Below, one piece after another: positions 19,455-29,466 of a DNA stretch of 64,000 nucleotides; position 1 is the stretch's first letter, and every line of letters starts with the position of its first letter. The stretch comes from a virus (Duplodnaviria > Heunggongvirae > Uroviricota > Caudoviricetes), in IMG/VR virus record IMGVR_UViG_2879469214_000003, positions 1 to 64,000 of that record. One strand, written 5' to 3'. The translations under genes and the position numbers were made by a program. The notes beneath the pieces were generated by a model. It made no database searches. It was given only the letters and a program-made list of their open reading frames with translations, and had not been told where the DNA came from.

Positions 19455-20249
19455 TTAGTTAAATCTCAATGTTCCTAGATCAATCTGACGCTTGATTTCT
19501 TCTTCAATCTTGGGTTCTGGGGCTTCCCATCCATCTGGTTTAATTACTTTTCCAACTTCATTGTAATGTGGATTACCATCAGAAAATAGTTTTTGCATGT
19601 TTGCACTATGTACAATATCAAAAATTTTGTCTGGAATAACCGATGTTTCAACAAGTCCACCTTCGGCAAAGTATTTGATATCAATTAGTGCATCAACTTG
19701 TCCAATCAATCGATCTTCAGGAAAGGGTTTAGTCAATTGTTTATCGTATGTATCGTAAATTGAATTAATGAGGTTGTGTACAAAATCATTAAACTTTAAT
19801 TTATCTCCATCGGATGATGCATATAGAAGTTCAACTACCTCTTCCATGATAAAATTAGCTCTATTTGTAACGAGTTTATCATCTAGTGGAGTCGGCATTT
19901 CAGGTGCTGGACAGTTAAATGCCTTTTGGAACTCTCTCACTTTCATAAAGTCAGTTTTAGTGGAATCCAAATTAGTCATATGTATGTATTTATCTCCTTG
20001 ATTAGTCAGATCGTTTAATGTGTAGTTGCATTTCATATCTATTACTGCTTTATTGTACGCTAATGCTGCATCATTTTCGCATTCGTAATAGCCTAGATGA
20101 TATTGTTTTTTATCTTTGGCTATGTACGCTCTCCATAACTGCTTTCTTTTGTTCCACCCAACGCCCTTATATCTTGAATATATATTTGCTTTTTTTCTGT
20201 TGGTTATGTATGTTTTCCACTCATCTTTTTTCATAATGGGGACATTCAT
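19455..20249 (-). CDS. AP2-domain / MazG-like nucleoside triphosphate pyrophosphohydrolase fusion
   Basis: N-terminal AP2-like (YKGVGWNKRKQLWRAYI). C-terminal all-alpha NTP-PPase (REFQKAF...IMEEVVELL). Confidence 0.5.
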   Translation of the reverse strand: MNVPIMKKDEWKTYITNRKKANIYSRYKGVGWNKRKQLWRAYIAKDKKQYHLGYYECENDAALAYNKAVIDMKCNYTLNDLTNQGDKYIHMTNLDSTKTDFMKVREFQKAFNCPAPEMPTPLDDKLVTNRANFIMEEVVELLYASSDGDKLKFNDFVHNLINSIYDTYDKQLTKPFPEDRLIGQVDALIDIKYFAEGGLVETSVIPDKIFDIVHSANMQKLFSDGNPHYNEVGKVIKPDGWEAPEPKIEEEIKRQIDLGTLRFN

Positions 20250-20718
20250 TTAAACAGGCATATTCACCAAATAATTTAGATGCATAGTAGTTATATGCAT
20301 TCGCCGCCGCTATCTCATTTGTAAAATTTAAATTTACAGCCTCACAACAATAGTCAGCCGTAATCTTCATTCTCCACGTTGTTAGACCAATATGCTCTCT
20401 TTTGGATACACCTTTATAAATTGAACTTCCGTTATTTGGTATTTTTCTCATGTTTCTAGAGTTTTCTTTTGATGTGCATATCCTAAGATTTTTCTTCCTA
20501 TTGTCAAGACGATTATGATTTATGTGATCCACTTCTAGACCTGAAGGACAGTCGGTTATTAAACGATGCATTCTGATATTAATTCTTTTTTCACCATCGT
20601 TTTGCATTTTCAAAGCATATCCTAAGTCACAGTACCACTTCCATTGATTTAAATAATCGTAATCATCGTCATCTACTAAACAAACCTCGCCTGTCGATAG
20701 TATAATTTCTTTAGTCAA
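20221..20718 (-). CDS. HNH homing endonuclease with AP2 DNA-binding domain
   Basis: HNH (EVDHINHNRLDNRKKNLRICT...EN) and AP2 (YKGVSK...W). Inserted between thyA and the nrd genes. Confidence 0.7.
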   Translation of the reverse strand: MTKEIILSTGEVCLVDDDDYDYLNQWKWYCDLGYALKMQNDGEKRINIRMHRLITDCPSGLEVDHINHNRLDNRKKNLRICTSKENSRNMRKIPNNGSSIYKGVSKREHIGLTTWRMKITADYCCEAVNLNFTNEIAAANAYNYYASKLFGEYACLNECPHYEKR

Positions 20719-21160
20719 TTAAGTTCCTTTCATCATCGATTAAGACTTGAAATTCTCTAAGTGTTTCCGCTGTAGGGTAACTCTCAAATCTAAATTTTTT
20801 AACTATTTTATTTTTGTCTTTTAATACGTCCCCTATAACATCAAGTGCTCCGCAGTAAACATCATAAATGGAGTTTCCGCTACCAAACAAAATAATTCTT
20901 CTTCCCTCTAACAATAAGAGCTTATTATAGATCATTTTAAAATATTCATGCGGAACTCCTTTGCCAACGGTCGATGTGCCAATAAATAATGCCTTATAAT
21001 TTTTAAAATCTAATCTACTAGGACTAATAGTTGCTAAATTATATAAATCAAATCCATCAGTATTACAAAGTTCAACTAATGCTTTTGTGTTTCCAGACAT
21101 CGAGTAATAAAAAATAGCTTTGGTTCTAGAGATCGAAACCATCCCCGCTCTCATGACCAT
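20711..21160 (-). CDS. nrdI: NrdI flavodoxin-like protein
   Basis: YYSMSGNTKALVE. Located upstream of nrdF and nrdE. Confidence 0.6.
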   Translation of the reverse strand: MVMRAGMVSISRTKAIFYYSMSGNTKALVELCNTDGFDLYNLATISPSRLDFKNYKALFIGTSTVGKGVPHEYFKMIYNKLLLLEGRRIILFGSGNSIYDVYCGALDVIGDVLKDKNKIVKKFRFESYPTAETLREFQVLIDDERNLID

Positions 21161-22151
21161 ATGAAATTACATTTGTCTGAAAGAAGTCGCCTTTTGTGTT
21201 GCCTCCTTTAGTTCCATAAGTTATAATCCACTGTGATTTCAGTTCTTTATTGTCTGGATATACTTCCTCAAGTCCCGCATTTCTACAAATAACATTCGAT
21301 AGGTACTCAATATAGTCTTTATATTCTGATACTGAAAGAATATCAATTCCATCGAAAATATAATCTGCCCACTCTTTTTCCTTTTCAACACAAAAACGAA
21401 TGAAATTAATTGCATTATTATAATTTTCTTTTGTATTTAGCTGTTCATTTTCAAGCATGAGTATCTTCATTACATCTCCATAAAATACAGAATGAAAGTT
21501 TTCATCAGTTTTAATTAAGTTAACCATATTGTTGGAACCTATCATTCTATTGGATCTTGCTAAAGAGTTAAAGTATACAAATGCACCAGTAAAGAAAACT
21601 CCTTCCAATACCAGATTCGCAAGTAAAGCATGATATAGTTTATTGAAGTCTGTAGGATTATCAATAAAGTCTTGTATCTTGTCAAAAATCATATTGTTAC
21701 GCTCCCTTAAGATATGGATTTCTTTAGGAGCATTAAATGCCTGTTTCTTTTCCTCAGAATTAAGCATTGTAGAAGTAAGGTATTGATATGATCTAGCATG
21801 AAGCCCTTCAAACGCCCCAATGATCTGAATAACTGCTGCAACACTAGGATCTGTGCATGTATGACCAATTGTGAAATTAAATCTGTTTGCAACCGAATCT
21901 AGAGATGTTAGCATACCAGTTAATACGTTATACACATATTTCTCTCTCTCAGTTAGAGAATCTCTGTATTGCTTTAGATCATTTGTGAGTCTAATCTCGT
22001 CTTCAATCCAATAGTTTCCAAACAGTTCTTTATATAGTGTCAACATGTGAGGATATTTAATATCATCCCAATCACATATTCCACTTGCTACTCCACCAAA
22101 AATCTTTGTGGCTTTATTCTTAACTTCACCATTGAATACTCTAAATGACAA
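21126..22151 (-). CDS. nrdF: ribonucleotide reductase class Ib beta subunit
   Basis: 341 aa ferritin-like protein with di-iron carboxylate motifs. Confidence 0.85.
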   Translation of the reverse strand: MSFRVFNGEVKNKATKIFGGVASGICDWDDIKYPHMLTLYKELFGNYWIEDEIRLTNDLKQYRDSLTEREKYVYNVLTGMLTSLDSVANRFNFTIGHTCTDPSVAAVIQIIGAFEGLHARSYQYLTSTMLNSEEKKQAFNAPKEIHILRERNNMIFDKIQDFIDNPTDFNKLYHALLANLVLEGVFFTGAFVYFNSLARSNRMIGSNNMVNLIKTDENFHSVFYGDVMKILMLENEQLNTKENYNNAINFIRFCVEKEKEWADYIFDGIDILSVSEYKDYIEYLSNVICRNAGLEEVYPDNKELKSQWIITYGTKGGNTKGDFFQTNVISYGHESGDGFDL

Positions 22152-22207
22152 AATATCGCTCCATTCAACTTTATTAGTTGAGGGAGAAATTCTCCCTCAC
22201 TTTTTAT

Positions 22208-24535
22208 TTATCCACTACAGGATTCACAATTTTCTTTTCGATTTACAGAATTCTTATCAACGTAATTGTAGTAAAGAGATTTTAAAGAGTTCTTCCATGC
22301 AAATGTATGTATTTTTAACATCTCACTAGCTTTTACTGATTCATGAACCATAACGTTGTGTGAAATAGATTGATCAATTCCTTTTTGAGCAGCGGCAATA
22401 ATCTTCAATGACCACAATTCATCCATCTCAAAACCTGATTTGTAGTACCACTTTGTCTTCGCGCTGTAGTTAGCAGGAATAACAGTCACGTTCATACCTT
22501 GTTTTTCTTCTTGGAAAATAACTTCATATGGTGCATCTAAAGACGCGAATACATTATTGATCAAACTATTTGATCCAGTAGGCGCAATACAGCTAAGGTT
22601 CCCGTTCCGTATGCCCTGAGACATGATACGTTTCTTGAGATCAACCCATTCAGAAGAGCTATAATTTCGTTTCTCGAAGTATTCTCCCGTATCCCAATCA
22701 GAACCTTTGAACTTTGGATAACTTCCTTTTTCAATTGCTAATTTATGACTAGCAAGAATATGAGCATAGTTAAGTTTCTCGAACACTTCTGTTACATATT
22801 CAGAAGCTTTATCAGATTCCCAACGTATACCTTTATCCGCTAATAAATTGGCTAACCCCATGGCTCCAGCACCTACACTACGATATAAGTTATTCGTATG
22901 AGTAGCTTGTTCGACTACTGTCCTATTCAGAGTAATAACGTTATCTAATAGTCTAAATTGAATATCGATAACAGATTGGAGATCGATGTCATCATTTCCG
23001 AAAACAGCAGGAAGAGAAATGGAACTTAAATTGCATGTAACAAGACCTGAACCAACTTTCTTTTCTACAACAGTTCCATCCGGTAAAAGTTCTTTGGATA
23101 GGAACTCATCCACATCGCAGTTCAAAACGATCTCCGAACAAAGATTGGAAGAAATCGGTATTCCTTCATGTCCATTTGGATTCATTCTGGCAGCAGTATC
23201 AATGTAGTATATATAAGGAGTACCACCTGTTTTTTGCGCCTCAAAAATTGATTTGTAAATATCAGTTGCTTTTACAACCTTTTTAATTTCAAGATTATCA
23301 TTCTTTTCAATCAATCTATAATAATATGTAAATGCATGGTCTTTCTTGTTTGGAATCTCGTTTTCCTGAAGTAGTTTTTTATCATATAACTTATTTACAT
23401 CGATCCCCATTTTCTTATTAACTTCATAGGGATCGAATATAGTCCATGTGTCACGACTATTCAATCTTCGCATGAATTCATCTGGGACGTTCACAGCAGT
23501 AAAAATAGAATGAGCTCTTCTTTCTTGAGACCCTGTTTTCATTCTTAGGTCAAGAAAATCAAAGATATCAGCATGCCATAAAGGAAGGTAGAGAGCGATT
23601 CCTCCCGGTCTCATATTTAACTGATTGACATATGTTGCAATTTCATTGAACAGTTTTGATGGCCCAACAACACCAGTCGATCTTCCCTTGTATCCTCGAA
23701 TCCAACTACCATGAGATCTAAGTTTTCCTAGATAAATACCTAATCCTGCTCCGTTCTGACTGAATGTTGATGCATCTTTTACTGCATTCATAATACTGTT
23801 TAAGCTATCATCGACAGTAATGATATGACATGAACTTAGTGTTCCAGAAGCTCTTCCGCTATTAGATAGTGTTGGTGTAGCCAAACCAATAAGATGATTA
23901 CTAAGTGCATCGTAAGAATCTTTGACATATGTCATTCTTTTAGTTTTGTCTTCATCTTTCAGAAGATAAAGTACTGTTGTTAAATAACGTTCTTGGAAAA
24001 GCTCTAAAGTTTCTTCGTTATATCCTTTTGCTAGATAATTTTTATTAAACAGAAATAATCCAGCATAGCTAAACTTACGATCTCTCTCTTTATTGATATA
24101 TAAACCAGCTTCATCTAATTCTTTTTTACTATATTCTTTCAAAATGTCTTCTGAATATATTCCTTTTTCAGTTAACATCTTGACAAGAGTATAATAATCT
24201 CCGTAACCATTTTTATAGTCAAAGCCCCGTTCTTTTGAAGCCTCTTTGTATTTTTTTCGTCTAAATGCTGACGCAGAAAGATATGTGAAATTCGGAGTAA
24301 ACTGATTAATCATGTTGTTTGATTCTCTTACAATTAAGTCAAATAAATAATCAGCTTTTACTTCCTTTTTGCTAGTGACTTCGGAAATAATCTTGTTCAG
24401 TAAATTCTCTAAATCACTTTTTTCAAATTCTTTTCCACTATCCTGTACAATCTCTTCAAAGAACCTGATGAATCTTTCCTCAATAAATTCTGTTTTCTGA
24501 ATATAAGACCCACGATCTTTTAGTACTACTGTCAA
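22208..24535 (-). CDS. nrdE: ribonucleotide reductase class Ib alpha subunit
   Basis: 775 aa. LSSCHIITVDDSLNSI, catalytic Cys and Asn region, C-terminal YY-CESCSG tail. Confidence 0.85.
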   Translation of the reverse strand: MTVVLKDRGSYIQKTEFIEERFIRFFEEIVQDSGKEFEKSDLENLLNKIISEVTSKKEVKADYLFDLIVRESNNMINQFTPNFTYLSASAFRRKKYKEASKERGFDYKNGYGDYYTLVKMLTEKGIYSEDILKEYSKKELDEAGLYINKERDRKFSYAGLFLFNKNYLAKGYNEETLELFQERYLTTVLYLLKDEDKTKRMTYVKDSYDALSNHLIGLATPTLSNSGRASGTLSSCHIITVDDSLNSIMNAVKDASTFSQNGAGLGIYLGKLRSHGSWIRGYKGRSTGVVGPSKLFNEIATYVNQLNMRPGGIALYLPLWHADIFDFLDLRMKTGSQERRAHSIFTAVNVPDEFMRRLNSRDTWTIFDPYEVNKKMGIDVNKLYDKKLLQENEIPNKKDHAFTYYYRLIEKNDNLEIKKVVKATDIYKSIFEAQKTGGTPYIYYIDTAARMNPNGHEGIPISSNLCSEIVLNCDVDEFLSKELLPDGTVVEKKVGSGLVTCNLSSISLPAVFGNDDIDLQSVIDIQFRLLDNVITLNRTVVEQATHTNNLYRSVGAGAMGLANLLADKGIRWESDKASEYVTEVFEKLNYAHILASHKLAIEKGSYPKFKGSDWDTGEYFEKRNYSSSEWVDLKKRIMSQGIRNGNLSCIAPTGSNSLINNVFASLDAPYEVIFQEEKQGMNVTVIPANYSAKTKWYYKSGFEMDELWSLKIIAAAQKGIDQSISHNVMVHESVKASEMLKIHTFAWKNSLKSLYYNYVDKNSVNRKENCESCSG

Positions 24536-24602
24536 CTAAACATCTCCTCTGTCTATGTGTATCTTTGTAAAAGAATTATTTTATTATGATATACCTTATG
24601 TA

Positions 24603-24842
24603 TTAATACTCTATATCTACCACTAACAATCTATCTCCAGCATCCATCACATATCCTTGCTTAAAGAAACGTCCAATAGCATACTCTACGGCTACCTTTT
24701 GCATCTCTTTAATTGTGATATCATTGTCTCCCGCCATCTCAACACAATCTTCTTCATCAACATTGACTAAAAATTCAACTTCTTCTGCATCGTTCTTGGC
24801 GAATCTACGTTCTAGTATTACATTAAACTGCACTATCATCAC
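24603..24842 (-). CDS. hypothetical protein
   Basis: 79 aa ORF. Confidence 0.3.
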   Translation of the reverse strand: MMIVQFNVILERRFAKNDAEEVEFLVNVDEEDCVEMAGDNDITIKEMQKVAVEYAIGRFFKQGYVMDAGDRLLVVDIEY

Positions 24843-24855
24843 CTCCTTGAATTAA

Positions 24856-25065
24856 TCACTTGCTATCTCTGGTGTGGAAAGTTACTCGATCAAACTCTCC
24901 CCAAGCATTTCTCCACACCTCTTGTCCATACTTATCAAACTCATCGAATTGCTTCTTACCCAACTTCTTTTTCATCGTCTTACTAATGTAACCATCCTCA
25001 TGTAGCATACTCTCATTTTCTGTGCCAATATCATCTTTAAAACAGTCGATCAGCACTCTGGACAA
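24856..25065 (-). CDS. hypothetical protein
   Basis: 69 aa ORF. Confidence 0.3.
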   Translation of the reverse strand: MSRVLIDCFKDDIGTENESMLHEDGYISKTMKKKLGKKQFDEFDKYGQEVWRNAWGEFDRVTFHTRDSK

Positions 25066-25066
25066 G

Positions 25067-25291
25067 CTAAGTGTTGCTTCGTTTAAATGAATTACTTTTC
25101 CACTCCTTGTTACCCTCTCGTTCTCTTTTCATCTCAAGATGGGCTCTTACTTGGAAATACTCTTTCGTGCTTTCTTTCATCTTGTTGTTACTGAGATGTT
25201 GTCGATCAAGAGCCATATTCAGATCCTTTAGACTTTCATTTAACTTATCGAGTGACTTTTGAATCCGACTATTTCTATCCATCTTCAACAC
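25067..25291 (-). CDS. hypothetical protein
   Basis: 74 aa ORF downstream of a motif-bearing promoter. Confidence 0.35.
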   Translation of the reverse strand: MLKMDRNSRIQKSLDKLNESLKDLNMALDRQHLSNNKMKESTKEYFQVRAHLEMKREREGNKEWKSNSFKRSNT

Positions 25292-25319
25292 CTCTTCTTG
25301 TTGTTTATCTTACTCTTTT

Positions 25320-25370
25320 AATATAATCCATAAATCATTAATTGTAAAGTGTTATTTTAGTGTAATTAAG
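25320..25370 (-). promoter_or_regulatory. repeat motif (CTTAATTACACTAAAATAACAC) plus promoter TTTACA-17-TATATT
   Basis: Motif abuts the -35. About 30 nt upstream of the ATG of 25067..25291. Confidence 0.5.
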
Positions 25371-25376
25371 TATAAA

Positions 25377-25757
25377 TTAATCTCTTGGTTTAAGATTAAA
25401 CATAATACTACCAAACAATGTATCGTTTGCACTACCAGTAAAATTATCCAATACATGATCATTATCTTTGTCTGTATGTTCAATGATAAGCACATTGTAC
25501 TTCTGATCATAGTGCATTCCGCCAAGTTTAAATTGTACAGGAATACTCAGAGAAGACGCTGCCGAAGTTATTGCTTGAACCAACTCGGATTCATGCTTCT
25601 CCCTAATTGTTTTGTACGTGCCATTTGGCAGTGTAATAGTGTATGAGGTATCGTCAATGGTAAACGTAAATGTGTTATTGCTTGATGTAATTGTCACTTG
25701 ATGATTGATATCTACTGATCCCCAAACTTGTTGTCCGTATGCTGCTATTCTATCCAT
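25377..25757 (-). CDS. hypothetical beta-rich protein
   Basis: 126 aa ORF. Divergent from the SEC-C gene. Confidence 0.35.
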   Translation of the reverse strand: MDRIAAYGQQVWGSVDINHQVTITSSNNTFTFTIDDTSYTITLPNGTYKTIREKHESELVQAITSAASSLSIPVQFKLGGMHYDQKYNVLIIEHTDKDNDHVLDNFTGSANDTLFGSIMFNLKPRD

Positions 25758-25901
25758 CTCCCTTGTTGTTTGTTTAATGTTCTACTTCTTTATAAAAGGT
25801 ACATTTTATTTAGAAAATGATGTTATACTCTAAATGCCAACAGAAGTTACGTTACATGATAATGTAACCACTGAATATTAAGTCATGAATGGAGACCCTG
25901 G

Positions 25902-26975
25902 ATGAAAATTGGAAGAAATGACCTTTGCACTTGCGGTAGTGGTAAGAAATACAAAGTATGTCATATGCAGCTTCCAGATAAGCCGTTAATTGATCCTTCT
26001 ATTCCTGTAAACTCAGCAATAGATAGAAGGATGAGAGAAAATTTAATAAAACAATGCGTCCACCCAAATCAGGAAGAATGCAGAGGAGAACCAATCAAGG
26101 CTCACTCAATACAAAACAATCGTATTCTAAGAAAACTTGGAAGAAACGGCGACCTATATATGGTTAAGATGGTTGTGAATGAAACATCTAAAAGAATGAA
26201 TCCTCGTTTTAAGGCCATTGGACGAAAGAAGGCAACGACCTTTAGTGGTTTTTGTAGTCATCATGACAAGGAATTGTTCCAACCAATTGAGGATCAAGAC
26301 TTTTATGGCTCCGAACATCAAAAGTTTTTATTCTCCTATAGGGCTTTTTCATTTGAGTACCATAAAAAAGCAGAAGCAGCTAAATTACATAAGAAAAATG
26401 GAGATGATAAACCAAGTCTTTATACCAACTATGAGTATCTAGGTTTTAAGGAGGGGTATGATTTATCAACTAATGACAATGAATACACTAAAAGTCTTTA
26501 TGATGAAGCACTTTTATCGAATGATTATGTAGCAGTTGAATCTGTAGAAGTTGTCCTGAACAAAGAAGTGCTTTTTTCGGTTAGTTCAGGATTCTATCTC
26601 GAATATGATCTGACAGGGGAAAAAATAAATGATTTGTCTAACCCAGAAGCTCGAATCCACCCTGTGACCCTAACTGTTTTCCCAGAAAATAAACGAACTA
26701 TAATACTATTTAGTTGGCTTAGAGACAGTTCAGAAATATACTTTAACTTCAAACAACAATTGCTTGGTCTTAAGGTAGATCAACTAGAACAAATACTAAA
26801 TAATATGATCCCGTCTTATTGTGAGAATGTGGTTTATAACCCAGACTTTATAGACAATATGAATTCTTCGAATAAATCTGACTATTTAAAAGTGTACTCA
26901 TCAACAACTATGGATTATATACCGAGCAACATAAAGAAGAATCTACTTACTGCTACAAGTTATACTTTATTTTAG
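25902..26975 (+). CDS. SEC-C zinc-binding motif protein with uncharacterised C-terminal domain (plus-strand insertion, candidate defence or Abi gene)
   Basis: 357 aa. N-terminal CTCGSGKKYKVCH (SEC-C metal-binding motif). Second His/Cys cluster GFCSHHD. RBS GGAGA. Own extended -10 promoter (TGtTATACT) and terminator. Confidence 0.6.
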   Translation: MKIGRNDLCTCGSGKKYKVCHMQLPDKPLIDPSIPVNSAIDRRMRENLIKQCVHPNQEECRGEPIKAHSIQNNRILRKLGRNGDLYMVKMVVNETSKRMNPRFKAIGRKKATTFSGFCSHHDKELFQPIEDQDFYGSEHQKFLFSYRAFSFEYHKKAEAAKLHKKNGDDKPSLYTNYEYLGFKEGYDLSTNDNEYTKSLYDEALLSNDYVAVESVEVVLNKEVLFSVSSGFYLEYDLTGEKINDLSNPEARIHPVTLTVFPENKRTIILFSWLRDSSEIYFNFKQQLLGLKVDQLEQILNNMIPSYCENVVYNPDFIDNMNSSNKSDYLKVYSSTTMDYIPSNIKKNLLTATSYTLF

Positions 26976-26985
26976 GTGTTTAACT

Positions 26986-27009
26986 GGGGCGCTTTGCGCT
27001 CCCTTTTTT
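26986..27009 (+). terminator. rho-independent terminator after the SEC-C gene
   Basis: GGGGCGC-ttt-GCGCTCCC followed by TTTTTT. Confidence 0.5.
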
Positions 27010-27058
27010 ATGAAATTTGACTTTCATTAACATTTCTACTTCTTACAACCCTTTTATA

Positions 27059-27439
27059 TCAACGTTTTTCTGACTTCTCTTTTTGACAATAATTACAGAT
27101 CATATCATCTTCTTCTGTTGAATGCATTTCTTCTCCTGAATATCTGTCTTCACAAACTTGGCAGTCGTATTTAATATAATGTAGTGGATTATATCCAGAC
27201 CAAGTTTCCCCTAAATGTTCTGCAACTTGCCCAACTGCATTGGAATCAATATCAACCTTTTTAATTTCTCCCTCTTCGATGGTTCCATATACTTCACTAT
27301 GCTTTCCAAGGATCTCACCAAAGTACGCTTCTTTCCCAATCGCATACTCAACTTCGCTTTCAGTAGCAACAAACAATCCTTCGACTTCGCCTTGACGACT
27401 ACAATCCCAATTAAACTTGTATAGATACTTTTCTTCCAT
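27059..27439 (-). CDS. hypothetical protein with C-terminal Cys cluster
   Basis: 126 aa. CQVCEDR...CNYC. Confidence 0.35.
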   Translation of the reverse strand: MEEKYLYKFNWDCSRQGEVEGLFVATESEVEYAIGKEAYFGEILGKHSEVYGTIEEGEIKKVDIDSNAVGQVAEHLGETWSGYNPLHYIKYDCQVCEDRYSGEEMHSTEEDDMICNYCQKEKSEKR

Positions 27440-27461
27440 TTACTTCACCTCTGCTATGTAT

Positions 27462-27857
27462 TTAAATAGTTTCAATATTGATTCCTAAACTCTTAACCTT
27501 TTCTATTGTCCCAAGACTTACTTCCTCCGTAACCAAATCCCATCCATACAATGTGACACCGTAATAAGCATCTGAAACATCTGCCTCTTCATCGTGAATC
27601 TCTCCACGTAATCTGATCGTCTTCTCTTTAAATGACTCTTGTCCAATCACGTTGTACTCACTATCATAAACATCAAAGATTTCTTCATCTTCTTCATGAT
27701 ATACATAGCCAGTACAGATACTATTGTCGTCAATACTCTTATCTAACTTCATCCATTCGTATACTGCTTCATCTGACGTTGCAATCAAATATGTAACAAT
27801 TCCCGCTTTACTGCCTTTAGGTGCAAAGTGTTCGAATTTAATCTTGTATAGGTTCAC
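27462..27857 (-). CDS. hypothetical protein
   Basis: 131 aa ORF. Confidence 0.35.
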   Translation of the reverse strand: MNLYKIKFEHFAPKGSKAGIVTYLIATSDEAVYEWMKLDKSIDDNSICTGYVYHEEDEEIFDVYDSEYNVIGQESFKEKTIRLRGEIHDEEADVSDAYYGVTLYGWDLVTEEVSLGTIEKVKSLGINIETI

Positions 27858-27893
27858 TTGCTTCTCTCCTTTCTAAATCAAATACGCCATTTA

Positions 27894-28253
27894 TTAGAAT
27901 TTAGGATTAAGAGATTCATTCACAGTTGAAAAGATAACCTGAATTTGATTGGCCCAAGGCTTTAGGGTGGGATCTAATCTTCTAATCTCTCCGAGTTCTG
28001 TTTCAGAAACTTGATTGTAAAAATCGTTCTCTCCATATTTGATCCACTCAAATCCTTCACGAAGAACATTGATTCCGTTGATCAATTCCACGATAATTCC
28101 CTCTTTAAACGAATCATCATCTGAGTAATATGCATCAGTAATTTCTCTTAGGCGTTCTGGTGTCAATCCCATTGACTCCTCTCCTTTTAATACTCGTGTT
28201 AAATATTCATCTTTGTTTTCTTCTATGTATTTCATTGTCTCTTTAATGCCCAC
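27894..28253 (-). CDS. hypothetical protein
   Basis: 119 aa ORF. Confidence 0.35.
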   Translation of the reverse strand: MGIKETMKYIEENKDEYLTRVLKGEESMGLTPERLREITDAYYSDDDSFKEGIIVELINGINVLREGFEWIKYGENDFYNQVSETELGEIRRLDPTLKPWANQIQVIFSTVNESLNPKF

Positions 28254-28284
28254 TCATTTGCCCCCTAAACTATTCGAAGACTGT

Positions 28285-28731
28285 TTACCGACATATGTCC
28301 AGATAATTCTTGATAAAGTCAATCAGCACATCTACATCTTGCTCTGTTGTTTGTTCGTTAATTATAAATTTATCAACGTCAATAAATTTACTATAGTCTC
28401 CACCGCCGTGATATTCATCAGCAACATGAATTTTAAGTTGCAAATTGCCTGTTATCTTAAGCAAATGAATATCGCTTCCTTCTGAAATTGGAAAATCAAT
28501 TTCACGCTTATCAATTTTATTTTCTTCAATATATTCATTTATGGAATACAAAACATCATCGCATTGATCCTCATTAAAGTACGAATTATATCCGGGCACT
28601 TTACCTCTAAAATATGTGCTAAGTTTATTGTTTAACTTAGTTCGAGCTCGCTCAACTACCCCATCCATTGAAGCAACTAGGCCTACTTTTTCAGCTTCTC
28701 TCAAATAGTACCAGTCAGCATATTTTGTCAT
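28285..28731 (-). CDS. hypothetical protein
   Basis: 148 aa ORF. Confidence 0.35.
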   Translation of the reverse strand: MTKYADWYYLREAEKVGLVASMDGVVERARTKLNNKLSTYFRGKVPGYNSYFNEDQCDDVLYSINEYIEENKIDKREIDFPISEGSDIHLLKITGNLQLKIHVADEYHGGGDYSKFIDVDKFIINEQTTEQDVDVLIDFIKNYLDICR

Positions 28732-28817
28732 TTATAACTTCCCTTCTTTAAAATATTTACATCGCTATTCATAAATCATTTGAAAACTCCGATAACATAA
28801 TAAACTCTATATAAAGG

Positions 28818-29438
28818 TTGGTGCGTATGGCTTTAACTATTGATTGGGGTACTTTAGTAGTTTCAATTCCGGTTGTTATAACTACTGCTTTAGCTGCAAC
28901 TAAGTATCTTGTGAAAGCTTATTCGAATGAACATTTTGAGAAGCGAATGGAGTCTTTCAAAGCCGAATTGCAACAGGAGGCAGAAAAGAGAAAATTAGAA
29001 ATGGAAAAAGAACATACTGAGTATTTAAAAAAGCTGGATAGTAAAATGATAGTCTCTGCCGATTACATACAGGAACGATATGTCAAGATAAAAGAAATAC
29101 GAGCGCTAATGCAAGATAAATTTCTCACTGTAAAAAATGCTTCTCCTTCTGATTCGGTTCTTTCAAGTTATATTGAAACTGAAATTAGAAAATATTTAGA
29201 TAATAATAGAATGTATTTTACAGATGAATATATAGATTTTATTGATAGCTTTATTCTGCATATCAACGAAGCTAGAATGAAAATGTATGAAGCATATGTT
29301 ATACGAGACTCCACTAAATTCACCAATGCTCAAAAATATGAAAGGCATGAACAAGCTAGTGAATCTTTTGAAAAATTAGAAGCTCTCTATCATCAAATCG
29401 AAAAACATCTCCGCAATGATTATTTAGGAGCCCTTTGA
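28818..29438 (+). CDS. membrane-anchored coiled-coil protein (plus-strand insertion)
   Basis: 206 aa. N-terminal TM (LTIDWGTLVVSIPVVITTALAA) then coiled coil. Followed by a strong terminator. Confidence 0.5.
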   Translation: MVRMALTIDWGTLVVSIPVVITTALAATKYLVKAYSNEHFEKRMESFKAELQQEAEKRKLEMEKEHTEYLKKLDSKMIVSADYIQERYVKIKEIRALMQDKFLTVKNASPSDSVLSSYIETEIRKYLDNNRMYFTDEYIDFIDSFILHINEARMKMYEAYVIRDSTKFTNAQKYERHEQASESFEKLEALYHQIEKHLRNDYLGAL

Positions 29439-29442
29439 AAAT

Positions 29443-29466
29443 CGAGCCTTTGTGGGCTCTTTTATT
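29443..29466 (+). terminator. rho-independent terminator
   Basis: GAGCC-tttgtg-GGCTC followed by TTTTATT. Confidence 0.6.

Noticed and set aside
22208-24535. Possible intein in NrdE (SPbeta nrd genes carry inteins and introns)
   Set aside because: 775 aa is close to normal class Ib NrdE length. No homing-endonuclease block interrupts the conserved motifs.
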